From the IMG/VR virus record IMGVR_UViG_3300042691_038938: a DNA stretch of 64,000 nucleotides; one strand, given 5' to 3'. How positions within the stretch are numbered: position 1 is the first letter of the stretch; each line of letters begins with the position of its first letter. Of this stretch, positions 36,929 to 45,597 are shown piece after piece. The translations under genes and the position numbers were made by a program. This DNA is from a virus. Taxonomy: Duplodnaviria > Caudoviricetes. The notes under the pieces are model-generated. The model was not told the origin of the DNA. It saw only the letters and a list, made by a program, of their open reading frames with translations, and did no database searches.

Positions 36929-38716
36929 ATGAGCAAGAAGATTTTAAGCATTTCTCAACACAAGACAGTATGTAGTACACCAGCTACTCCGGATGCAGGC
37001 TACAGTAAGATCTACGTAAAATCAAATGGTTGTTGGTATCGACTTGACGACTCAGGTAACGAGTATCCGTTAGGCGGAGGAGGAGGAGTAATCGATGTGG
37101 GGAGCGGACCAAACTCAAGCCTTAGGATAAATAATTGTAATACTGCGAGTTCCAATTATTCGACTGCATTAGGCAGATGTAATAACTCATGTAGTCAATA
37201 CTCTACGATCAGTGGAGGTTGTAATAATACTGCAGGCTACACATCAACTGTTGGTGGAGGTCGAGGGAATAACGGATTCGGATTAGGTTCGACTATTTCA
37301 GGTGGGTGCAATAACGTAAGTGATGGTGCTTCAACATATCCAACTATTGGCGGAGGCTGCGCTAACTCAGTGAATGGAGCCGCATCAGTTGTTGGTGGAG
37401 GATGTTTAAACTCTGCATGCGGTTCAGCGTCAGTGATAAGTGGAGGATCCAATAATACGTCTAGTGGATATGTATCAACGTTGGGAGGAGGATTGTGCAA
37501 CGTTTCATCCTGCACTTATTCAACAATTGGCGGAGGTTACTGTAATCAAGCAACATCGCCATTATCAGTCATCGGCGGCGGAGGCAAAAATTACGTTTCC
37601 GGCTGTGGATCAACGATCAGTGGAGGTTACTTCAATAGCTCAAATAACAGCTTCGTAGCAATAGGAGGAGGACGATGTAACACTGCATCTGGATATTTTT
37701 CTATAATTAGCGGAGGCGCATCAAACTTCGCATGTTCAATATCGTCACTGGTAAGTAGCGGAAATTTAAACTCAGTCACTGCAATTTACTCCACTGTTAT
37801 AAATGGCAGTAATAACTCAGCTTCAGGAAATTTCGCACTCGTTGGAGGAGGTAGTAATAATACAGCAAGCGGCAGCTATTCGATAGTCGGAAACGGTTCA
37901 ATCAATATAGCAAGCGGAAATCACTCAGTTATTGTAGGAGGTTTTTGTAACAATGCAACTAGCGGTTTCGCAACAGTAAGCGGAGGTCGACGAAACACGG
38001 CATCCAGTGACTATTCAGTGGTTAGTGGAGGTTGTTGTAATACTGCTTCAGGTTATTCAGCGACTGTGAGCGGGGGTAGAAGAAACGCAACAGCCGCTGT
38101 TTGCTCAACAATAAGTGGAGGATATCTTAATAATATCTCGGCAGTAGGTTCGTATTCAGCAATAGGCGGTGGATATAACAACTGCATCACTTCTTCATGT
38201 AACGTAATTGCTGGAGGGCACTCGAACGTTTCTTCTGGAGCAAGATCAGTCGTTGGGGGAGGGACGGTAAATACTGCTAGTGCCAACACTGCGACTGTTA
38301 GTGGGGGGAGACAAAACACTGCAAGTGGATCTGATTCAACAGTCGGCGGAGGGTTAGGAAACTCATCGACTCAACCGTACGCAGCAATTAGCGGAGGATA
38401 CTGTAATGTTGCGAGTGGAGCTAGTTCAACCATTAGCGGAGGATACCGTAATACTGCGTCAGGCGCATCTGCAGGCATAGTCAGCGGCCAGTACAACTCA
38501 GCACAATGCGTGTCGACGCTTGTTGGAGGCCAATGCAATACTGCATGTCATGATTATGCTATCGTGCTTGGATGTGGACTCACATCAAACAGAGCGGCAG
38601 CAACATTCGTGAACCAGCTCTCCATCGTGAACCTACCAAGCTCTAGTGCAGGACTTCCATCCGGTGCATTATGGTATGATTCAGCAGACAGCTGCACAGT
38701 TAAATTCGTTCCATAG
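36929..38716 (+). CDS. tail fibre/adhesin with about 32 Cys-rich 15-aa repeats
   Basis: Same repeat; C-terminal LPSSSAGLPSGALWYD module. Confidence 0.8.
   Translation: MSKKILSISQHKTVCSTPATPDAGYSKIYVKSNGCWYRLDDSGNEYPLGGGGGVIDVGSGPNSSLRINNCNTASSNYSTALGRCNNSCSQYSTISGGCNNTAGYTSTVGGGRGNNGFGLGSTISGGCNNVSDGASTYPTIGGGCANSVNGAASVVGGGCLNSACGSASVISGGSNNTSSGYVSTLGGGLCNVSSCTYSTIGGGYCNQATSPLSVIGGGGKNYVSGCGSTISGGYFNSSNNSFVAIGGGRCNTASGYFSIISGGASNFACSISSLVSSGNLNSVTAIYSTVINGSNNSASGNFALVGGGSNNTASGSYSIVGNGSINIASGNHSVIVGGFCNNATSGFATVSGGRRNTASSDYSVVSGGCCNTASGYSATVSGGRRNATAAVCSTISGGYLNNISAVGSYSAIGGGYNNCITSSCNVIAGGHSNVSSGARSVVGGGTVNTASANTATVSGGRQNTASGSDSTVGGGLGNSSTQPYAAISGGYCNVASGASSTISGGYRNTASGASAGIVSGQYNSAQCVSTLVGGQCNTACHDYAIVLGCGLTSNRAAATFVNQLSIVNLPSSSAGLPSGALWYDSADSCTVKFVP
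37130..38575 (+). repeat. 45-nt coding tandem repeat (about 32 units)
   Basis: xxNxxSxxxSxxxGG periodicity with occasional 14- or 17-aa units. Confidence 0.85.
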
Positions 38717-38723
38717 ATAAATA
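38716..38723 (+). promoter_or_regulatory. late promoter-like GATAAATA
   Basis: 20 nt upstream of the 38743 start. Confidence 0.6.
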
Positions 38724-38742
38724 ATAAAAAAGATTTTAATAG

Positions 38743-40101
38743 ATGTACGGATCGGGAATACAGATACCTAGGATTGCTTTTTCAACAGTAGACTACGCAC
38801 AGATTCCAGCAAACAGCTTTTTCTTTGGTTTTGACTTGGATAATGCTGGTGCCCTTTCAAAAATGGACAACACAGGAGCAGTCACTGTGATCGAAGGAGC
38901 AGGTGGCGGAGGAGTAGTTGATACTGGTTCAGGCACCTATTCAACTTATAGGATATGCACAAGTAATAATGCGTCTGGCCCATACTCAACAGCCTTCGGC
39001 TATGCTAATAGTGCTAGTGGGTATGGAGCGACTGTCTCGGGAGGATATAATAATACTGTAAGCTCTGATCTCTCTACGGTTTCCGGAGGATATGGAAACA
39101 CCTCAAGCGGGTACTATTCAGTGGTCGGTGGAGGTGCATACAACACGGCGCTATCTGACTATTCAACATCTAGTGGAGGTTATGGAAACTCAGCAGCCAA
39201 TCTCGCAGCGACTGTCTCTGGTGGATACGGTAATTCAGCGACCGGTGCAGGAGCGACAATTTCCGGCGGAGTCGCTAACACGACAAGCGGATACTATTCA
39301 GTAATCGGCGGAGGAGCGTTTAACTCAATACAGTGTCAGTATTCAGTGATCGGCGGAGGATTCAATAACACTGCGTCTGGTTACAACGGTGCAACAATTG
39401 GTGGTGGAATAAACAACACTGCGTCTGGGTATAATCCATCAACTGTTGGAGGAGGATTCAGCAATACTGCGAGCGGAGGCTATTCAACGGTCAGCGGAGG
39501 TTATTTCAATACTTCTTCCGCTTATTACTCAACAGTCAGTGGAGGTTACGGTAATGTTGCGAGCGGAAGCTATTCAACAGTCAGTGGAGGATATGATAAT
39601 GCAGCGTGTGCCCAGTGTTCAACAGTGAGCGGCGGAGCGAATAACATAGTCCGAGGTTGCGGGTCAGCAGTAGTCGGAGGAGTTGACAATACATTAGGGT
39701 CTTGTGCAAGTTGTTCAATCATTGGTGGAGGTTGTTTCAATACGGTGACTAAAGAATTGTCATTCGTTGGTGGAGGGTTATGCAACTGTTCTTGTAGTAC
39801 AACTTCAGTGATCAGCGGAGGAGCTTTTAATACAACGTGTGGAGACTATTCAACAGTCAGTGGAGGATACGGAAACTTCGCTGACTCATTATATGGAGCA
39901 ATTCTTGGAGGACAGTGTAATAATACTTGCAGCTTTGCCTGTGCAACAATAGTCGGCTCAAATATTTGCGCAGTAGCCAACTGTACTCTGCATGCAAACT
40001 GTCTCTGGTTAAAGGATCTTCCTGACGATTCCGCTTTACCGTTACCTGCAGGAACAGTTTACTCGTGCACGGCTGAGGGAGGAAGGCTTTACATAGCATA
40101 A
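38743..40101 (+). CDS. tail fibre/adhesin with about 22 15-aa repeats
   Basis: Same repeat, Tyr-rich early and Cys-rich late; C-terminal LP..SALPLPAGTVY module. Confidence 0.8.
   Translation: MYGSGIQIPRIAFSTVDYAQIPANSFFFGFDLDNAGALSKMDNTGAVTVIEGAGGGGVVDTGSGTYSTYRICTSNNASGPYSTAFGYANSASGYGATVSGGYNNTVSSDLSTVSGGYGNTSSGYYSVVGGGAYNTALSDYSTSSGGYGNSAANLAATVSGGYGNSATGAGATISGGVANTTSGYYSVIGGGAFNSIQCQYSVIGGGFNNTASGYNGATIGGGINNTASGYNPSTVGGGFSNTASGGYSTVSGGYFNTSSAYYSTVSGGYGNVASGSYSTVSGGYDNAACAQCSTVSGGANNIVRGCGSAVVGGVDNTLGSCASCSIIGGGCFNTVTKELSFVGGGLCNCSCSTTSVISGGAFNTTCGDYSTVSGGYGNFADSLYGAILGGQCNNTCSFACATIVGSNICAVANCTLHANCLWLKDLPDDSALPLPAGTVYSCTAEGGRLYIA
38956..39960 (+). repeat. 45-nt coding tandem repeat (about 22 units)
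   Basis: YxNTxSGYYSTVSGG periodicity. Confidence 0.85.
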
Positions 40102-40117
40102 AAATAGAGAAAAAGAA

Positions 40118-40582
40118 ATGGCGATAAAATTTGACTGTTTAAACATAATAGCTTTTAATACTCAAAGTAAAAAAGCTCAACCTAAAGCTGAGCCTAAACC
40201 AGAACCTGCGACCACCTACTCGGGTCGATTAAAATATGTGATTATTGACGACGTTAATTTAACGACTGATATCTCAATATCAGAAATGCAGTATGATGAG
40301 TTAGGTTTTGCAGAAGTGTATTCTTCCCTTCAGCAATACGTATCTTCAAAGACTGAACAGGTCTCTCCTACTCTAGGTTCCATTTATTTTACTCCAACCA
40401 CTGTGACTTTTAGATTACCGAAGACTCTGGAAAAAGTTCAAAGCAGTCCTAATCTTAGGGGAAACAATTCTAATTGGAATAAGGTGACCTTTAATACGAT
40501 TGGGGATGGTTTTGAGGGAACTGTGACGGATTTCTTTAATAACGTTGATAAGTTAGCTAGACAACAAGAAACTACTGTCTAA
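40118..40582 (+). CDS. hypothetical protein
   Basis: 154 aa, after the fibre genes. Confidence 0.65.
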   Translation: MAIKFDCLNIIAFNTQSKKAQPKAEPKPEPATTYSGRLKYVIIDDVNLTTDISISEMQYDELGFAEVYSSLQQYVSSKTEQVSPTLGSIYFTPTTVTFRLPKTLEKVQSSPNLRGNNSNWNKVTFNTIGDGFEGTVTDFFNNVDKLARQQETTV

Positions 40583-40597
40583 TAAAAATATAAAAAC

Positions 40598-40909
40598 ATG
40601 TTTAATACTATTCACATTTTCGGATACGGTGAGACTCAAATCATCGGAAGTGAGCTTAACTTAAAAATAAGTTCCTCTACTCTAACTACACTAACTCCTT
40701 TTGTAGATCACATAAAGAGCCTACGTCCTAGCGATGTGCTTGAATCAGACTATCACGTGATTCACGTATTCAATGAAGCAAAGGTAATGTACTTGTCTCA
40801 GTCAGAATCGCAAGAAGAAAAGAGAACCTTTACTATTGACTTTGACCAGATCGACACGAGTATCTTGGAAAGCCTGATTCAGGAACTGTACTCTGCTACC
40901 ATCAGTTAA
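40598..40909 (+). CDS. hypothetical protein (possible fibre accessory)
   Basis: 103 aa; its stop overlaps the convergent sulfotransferase stop. Confidence 0.65.
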   Translation: MFNTIHIFGYGETQIIGSELNLKISSSTLTTLTPFVDHIKSLRPSDVLESDYHVIHVFNEAKVMYLSQSESQEEKRTFTIDFDQIDTSILESLIQELYSATIS

Positions 40910-41721
40910 TAATACTTAAACTCATCGTAGAACCACTTGTAATTGGTCTTGATCCAGTTACAGACGTTTACTCCAAGCACATCCTTGTAATCGGGCTTGA
41001 GTGGCGAGATCTTTGTGCGAATCTTATGGTCGCCATAGATACCGTATACTGAGTCGTCTTCAGCGGTTATCTGTTCAACGTTATCAAAGTCATGAGAGAA
41101 TTCAGGAACTCCCAAGTACTGATAGATCCTTTTCATTTCCCTTTGGGGATTTTCAGTCAGGTCTTCGTACTTGACAAAAAGCATCTTCTTGTCGATTCCC
41201 TCCTTGAATATCTGATAGAGCCTCTCTATCGCAAGACCTACTGGCTGGCCCTGTGCCCATACGTCAATCCTCTTCTCAGTGGTTGTACCAGTCATCTTTG
41301 AGTGATCGACTATTCCAGAATCCATGTGCTGGTTCTTGCGAAAGTTCTTCTCCATTGAGGCAAAGATTCCGCGAAGGTCCCTGACCATGCAGACGATCTT
41401 GGGGTCTGGATAGAACTCATTAAGAAATCCATAGTGGATTCCCCAACCTCTACTCTTATCCATGACATACGGTCGGTCGGTGATCGCGTTGAAGAATCCA
41501 TGTACCCCGTCGTGACAGAATCGAGTAAATCCTGCTCTCATCAGGGATGAGTCCTGTGCCTTAAACTCAGGAGAATTAGTGTAATTGTTTCTGGCCGCAT
41601 ACACTAACTCCAGGACTCCCGAAGTGGGCGTGACATAGAAGTCAGGATTCTGGCCCAGGACGTTTTGTAAGAGAGTTGATCCTGCTCTTGGCAGGGACGA
41701 TTGAAAGAATATCTGTTTCAT
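40906..41721 (-). CDS. PAPS-dependent sulfotransferase
   Basis: 5'-PSB loop SLPRAGSTLL, DKSRGW, 3'-PB VRDLRGIFASMEK, VKYEDL. Confidence 0.9.
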   Translation of the reverse strand: MKQIFFQSSLPRAGSTLLQNVLGQNPDFYVTPTSGVLELVYAARNNYTNSPEFKAQDSSLMRAGFTRFCHDGVHGFFNAITDRPYVMDKSRGWGIHYGFLNEFYPDPKIVCMVRDLRGIFASMEKNFRKNQHMDSGIVDHSKMTGTTTEKRIDVWAQGQPVGLAIERLYQIFKEGIDKKMLFVKYEDLTENPQREMKRIYQYLGVPEFSHDFDNVEQITAEDDSVYGIYGDHKIRTKISPLKPDYKDVLGVNVCNWIKTNYKWFYDEFKYY

Positions 41722-42353
41722 ATTATGTTTGATGAGTAACTTTTGTTTTGTATTACTTGATTGAAAGGCTGGATTATCCTGATCCTGTACTTGCCTATGT
41801 TAGTATGATTGTAACTCATGTGCTGTATCACCTTTGCGTAGAAATTGTCTATTTCCATTCCTGAATGAGCTCCCATCTCTAAGATATCGTCGTATAAGTT
41901 TGCAGTCACTCCATACGCATGAGCACAGACTATCTGATTCCTAAAGAAGGGTTCAATCAACCCACCGAAATAGAGCATGTCCCAATCATTAAGGATCTCC
42001 TGGTTTATTGTGAGTAATTCACTAGGGTCGATCAGGAATTCAACGTCGTCTTCAAGTATTAAGACTCGCTGATATCCTTGATTCTTAGCATACTGAATAG
42101 CATTGAGATGAGATTGTCTACAACCTAGCTGGCCCTTGATGTACTTTTCATCGTCCTTTATGAAATTACGATAACTTATCGGTTGAGGTAGAGATATCAA
42201 GTCACTTCCTGCGATCCTTTGAAAGTTCGTGATTCCAAACTTTTCAAACTGCTTGAGCATGCCATGATCACGAGAAACGTCCTTATCCATGTTGATATAG
42301 AGTATCTTGTCAAAGTACTCATTAATGTTTACTGGACGATAGGTAAAATCCAT
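41718..42353 (-). CDS. glycosyltransferase family 25
   Basis: YINMDKDVSR, GCRQSH, LILEDD, WDMLYFG, CAHAYGV. Confidence 0.88.
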   Translation of the reverse strand: MDFTYRPVNINEYFDKILYINMDKDVSRDHGMLKQFEKFGITNFQRIAGSDLISLPQPISYRNFIKDDEKYIKGQLGCRQSHLNAIQYAKNQGYQRVLILEDDVEFLIDPSELLTINQEILNDWDMLYFGGLIEPFFRNQIVCAHAYGVTANLYDDILEMGAHSGMEIDNFYAKVIQHMSYNHTNIGKYRIRIIQPFNQVIQNKSYSSNII

Positions 42354-43237
42354 TAGGTTAAGGCAATTGAGTTTAATACGTCTGATTCATCAAACACGTT
42401 CAAGTCAAGTAGAGGACACTCATGTAAGGTTCCATGGAAGTTGTAATCAAACAGATAACTGTCTGGTAGCTTAACTGTGTCAGGTAGTGTTGCTGTTATA
42501 TTGTTATGTAAAGACCAACCAAAGGTCTTAGGACTCGTTCCAACCCAAAGAACAGTAGAAGGTGCTCCCAAAGCCGCAGCTGCATGCTGAAGGCACGAAT
42601 CTATCAAGACTCTCTTTGATGAAAAGAGAAGCATTGAAAGAAATTCCATGTTAGACATAGGTTCAATGACTGCCTCAGCTCCTTCGATCGCTTGTTCAGG
42701 AAGACGACACACCTGTAAGATGTGATAGTCATTTGAAAAAGTCCTAACTATTTTCTCTGCTATGTCATGCGGCATGTCTCTAGTCCAGGAATAGGGATAA
42801 GGCTGATCCTTGAGAGGGCCGCCGTTTGTTTGAAGCACCATGATGGGTTTAGTTCTGGACCATTTTCTAAATCCATACTGTCTCTGTCTAACATTGAAGA
42901 GAAGCTCAGGAGTCTCTCCAGAATAGTCTAACTGATATAACTTACACCAATTCTCGACTAGCGGAAGTTCCTGGTGTATGTGTTCATTCGTAAAGTATGG
43001 CTCATGTTTGAATATCATGGTATCCTTGCCCTTAACATAGTCTTGATAAAAGTATGGAGTCATTCCAATTCGATAGACTCTGTCCACGAATGGAAGGTTT
43101 AAGAAGACTTCTGGATACGCACATACTACGATGAGCTCCCTATCCGGATGATTATTTTTGATGCACTTTGCAACAGCTGTTGCTGCGATGTGTTTGCCGA
43201 GTCCACCTTCTAGGTGAAAGATTGAGTATTTTTCCAT
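42353..43237 (-). CDS. GT9-like (heptosyltransferase-like) GT-B glycosyltransferase
   Basis: GGLGKHIAATAVAKCIK..P...LIVV at the N-terminus; IDSCLQHAAAALGAPSTVLW.GT.P near the C-terminus. Confidence 0.75.
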   Translation of the reverse strand: MEKYSIFHLEGGLGKHIAATAVAKCIKNNHPDRELIVVCAYPEVFLNLPFVDRVYRIGMTPYFYQDYVKGKDTMIFKHEPYFTNEHIHQELPLVENWCKLYQLDYSGETPELLFNVRQRQYGFRKWSRTKPIMVLQTNGGPLKDQPYPYSWTRDMPHDIAEKIVRTFSNDYHILQVCRLPEQAIEGAEAVIEPMSNMEFLSMLLFSSKRVLIDSCLQHAAAALGAPSTVLWVGTSPKTFGWSLHNNITATLPDTVKLPDSYLFDYNFHGTLHECPLLDLNVFDESDVLNSIALT

Positions 43238-43239
43238 TT

Positions 43240-43644
43240 TTATTTCTTGCTTTTTAGTAGTTTTTCAAGTATTTCATGTCCCTTTGGATCCACTAGATCG
43301 TGCCATCCAGTCTCACCTGCGTGTATCTGTCGACGAATCTCTGTTGCTGAGATGTTCGCGATCTGCGAGTCTACTTGGATCTCCTTTACCTCATATCCGA
43401 CACCTCTTCCGTAATTTACGCTAGCAATATCAGGTATGATGATGATTTTTACTAATGGGTCTCCTTTATAGATTTCCAGCCAAATCTCAGATACTTCTGC
43501 TGCAGAGAGAGGATTTTTATCGTCTGGCTCAACATCTCGAATAGCAATTAAGATGGGCTTGCCCTTGCCTAAGTATTCGTTAAAGATGGTCATGTGACCC
43601 TTGTGAGGAGACTGATATCTCCCAATAAACATGTTATACGTCAT
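43240..43644 (-). CDS. HxGH (cytidylyltransferase-like) nucleotidyltransferase
   Basis: FIGRYQSPHKGH, IAIRD..KNP, ISATEIR. Probable ATG at 43644 (ATGA overlap); the track gives 43686. Confidence 0.8.
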   Translation of the reverse strand: MTYNMFIGRYQSPHKGHMTIFNEYLGKGKPILIAIRDVEPDDKNPLSAAEVSEIWLEIYKGDPLVKIIIIPDIASVNYGRGVGYEVKEIQVDSQIANISATEIRRQIHAGETGWHDLVDPKGHEILEKLLKSKK

Positions 43645-44084
43645 TTTTTCTTTATTTTTTCTAGTCCAAATGGTATCTTGTACCAAATCCTTTCGTGTAT
43701 GTAGTATGTAAATATCTTGATAAAGAAATCAGCTGTCCCTATCGAAAAACCTATCGTGATGCTCCCGGTAAGAAATGCGGCGATTAACGAAGTTATCGTA
43801 GAGGAATAGAAACGGTAAGTTATTGATTTTAAGATGTGTCTAAGTTTAGAGACTCTATTCTTTTCTCGAACCAGAACTATCTTGTTTTTGTCCCAGTGAA
43901 TGGAATCAACCTCACACGTGATGTGATACTTCTTTCCGACTCCCTCGACTTCATCCTGAGTGGTGTACGCCGCTCCATGAATCTCAAGATCGCTAGCTAG
44001 GTGTTCAACACCGTTTATGATGACTCGCCAAAAGAGGCCTGAATCACCAGCATCATGATTATATCGTATCTTGACTAGATGCAT
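43641..44084 (-). CDS. DUF2061 membrane protein with an extra N-terminal domain
   Basis: RHILKSITYR..T....TG....GFSIG..D...K...YY.HERIW.KIPFG. Confidence 0.8.
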   Translation of the reverse strand: MHLVKIRYNHDAGDSGLFWRVIINGVEHLASDLEIHGAAYTTQDEVEGVGKKYHITCEVDSIHWDKNKIVLVREKNRVSKLRHILKSITYRFYSSTITSLIAAFLTGSITIGFSIGTADFFIKIFTYYIHERIWYKIPFGLEKIKKK

Positions 44085-44512
44085 CCTCTCAATATTAGGT
44101 GAGCCTTAATGATTCGTAGGCAGTCTAACTCGCTTGCCTTAGTATCAATTGGAAGGTAATCATTCACAGGTTCTTCATAATCGCTGACGAAAAAGTTTTC
44201 TCTTCCTCTAATGTCGCTCGTTTGTAAGAATATCTCAACTGTTTCTGCAGATTCCTTTAGCTCTTCTCTAAGATCTAGATAAGGGCTAACTAGTGCAAGA
44301 ATAGGAGTAAACCCCTTAGCGTCCAAGAATCTAGCGATATTGTAAGCATTAGTAAGGTTTCGACGACGTCCCTCTTGGCTATAATCCTTATTTTTGAATA
44401 TTTCTCGCATCTCATCTCCATCGATTATCATGGGATTAGGAACGATTTTTGCGATCTCTGCCGCAAGGGTAGACTTTCCAGCACCAGGCTGACCTATAAA
44501 ATGAATTATCAT
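44075..44512 (-). CDS. cysC: adenylylsulfate (APS) kinase
   Basis: GQPGAGKST P-loop, DGDEMR, DYSQEGRRRN, LVSPY..LRE, YEEP. Confidence 0.9.
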   Translation of the reverse strand: MIIHFIGQPGAGKSTLAAEIAKIVPNPMIIDGDEMREIFKNKDYSQEGRRRNLTNAYNIARFLDAKGFTPILALVSPYLDLREELKESAETVEIFLQTSDIRGRENFFVSDYEEPVNDYLPIDTKASELDCLRIIKAHLILRGCI

Positions 44513-44557
44513 TAGAAAATAGTTTGTATGTTTTACTACAAACAGAAAGAATAGTTC

Positions 44558-45106
44558 TTAGTTAAAATCTAATTCTATGTCAAAATCAAAGTAGCTAAAT
44601 TTAGCATTAAATGTTTTAAAGTCTGGTGTGCTTGAACTGTACGATAACTTGAACCCATCGACTCCCTTTAGGATAGGTCTCTTAAAGATGATAGAGCACA
44701 CTAAATATCCTTCATTGTCCAATAAGGAGAGTCTCATCGGATCGTAAGTCTGTTGAGGGTTACTAAAATCTAGAAACTTTAGACTGTTTTCAAAAAAGAT
44801 GAAATAGTTCAAGTATGCATCGGTCATCTTAAAAGTAATGGTGAACTCCTTGGTGAATAGGTCTACTACTTGAGTTGCATTCTTGTATTCTTGTTTCTTA
44901 CCCAAGATCCTAGTCTGAGAAGCAAGGTCCATGTTCCATCCCGGAAAGTCTATGCTCTGGATTGTTGCAGACATGAAATCACTAATCGAATCATATGGCA
45001 ATATGAGGCTTTGATAGTACTTCTTGTATTTTTCCTTTACTTCCTCAGTGAAATAGTCTGGAGGAAAGTTGAATATGAAACCGTTTTGTCTTACATTTAA
45101 TAACAT
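44558..45106 (-). CDS. tail tube-like (gp19/gp54-type fold) protein
   Basis: ITFKMTD..Y, LSLLDNEG....F..PI....LSYSS..F.TF...F.Y, the layout of tube proteins. Confidence 0.5.
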   Translation of the reverse strand: MLLNVRQNGFIFNFPPDYFTEEVKEKYKKYYQSLILPYDSISDFMSATIQSIDFPGWNMDLASQTRILGKKQEYKNATQVVDLFTKEFTITFKMTDAYLNYFIFFENSLKFLDFSNPQQTYDPMRLSLLDNEGYLVCSIIFKRPILKGVDGFKLSYSSSTPDFKTFNAKFSYFDFDIELDFN

Positions 45107-45112
45107 TTTCTA

Positions 45113-45592
45113 TTACTTTTTAGTTGATCTAACCTTTGCCCAAGACTTGCTTGGACTTGCTGCATTTACCCTAGCCATTGCCCATTGATGAGAAGTCATT
45201 CCTTTCCTAGATCCTGAAGAATAGTACGCACCCAGTCCTTTAATGTATTCTCTTTTCAAGTCAGAAAAAGAATAGCCTTTCTTGGTAGCGACTGCTCTAA
45301 TCTTAGCTAAGGTCTCCTTGCTTAACGTGTTTGATTTTTTAGCCTCATTGACTTTGGAATCCTTACGTGGAGTGTTTTTAAAGCCAGGTTTTTCACGCTC
45401 AGCCTTTTCCATTTCATCCCTAAGTCTATATGCTTCTTCTTTGTTACCAGACTTAAGTAGATCTTGTGCTTTGTCTAGTTTCTTGGCACGCGTACTCCCC
45501 TTCGGAGCTTTATATTGGGCAGGATGAGGTTTGCTCTTTTTGCTTTCATTGAGCCACTGATTAAAAGTAAAAATGGAATTATTCTTGTCCAT
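45113..45592 (-). CDS. basic conserved phage protein (DUF5824-like C-terminus)
   Basis: YIKGLGAYYSSGSRKGMTSHQWAMARVN motif; N-terminal FTFNQWLNES. Confidence 0.55.
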   Translation of the reverse strand: MDKNNSIFTFNQWLNESKKSKPHPAQYKAPKGSTRAKKLDKAQDLLKSGNKEEAYRLRDEMEKAEREKPGFKNTPRKDSKVNEAKKSNTLSKETLAKIRAVATKKGYSFSDLKREYIKGLGAYYSSGSRKGMTSHQWAMARVNAASPSKSWAKVRSTKK

Positions 45593-45597
45593 ACTTT

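Noticed and set aside
35236-39960. CRISPR array or non-coding tandem repeat
   Set aside because: The 45-nt periodicity is in frame, degenerate and protein-coding; there are no identical repeats with unique spacers.
34381-40101. Diversity-generating retroelement acting on the fibre repeats (Tyr/Cys and Asn/Ser exchanges look like A-to-G changes)
   Set aside because: No reverse transcriptase in the window and no template/variable repeat pair differing only at adenines; repeat units differ at all bases.
40906-44512. Host chromosomal LPS or capsule locus, or an assembly chimera
   Set aside because: The genes are coupled to and flanked by phage tail genes, with no flippase, polymerase or nucleotide-sugar genes and no obvious change in composition.
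44075-44512. Auxiliary gene for assimilatory sulfate reduction
   Set aside because: No cysH or sulfite reductase is present, and the adjacent sulfotransferase is a direct consumer of PAPS.
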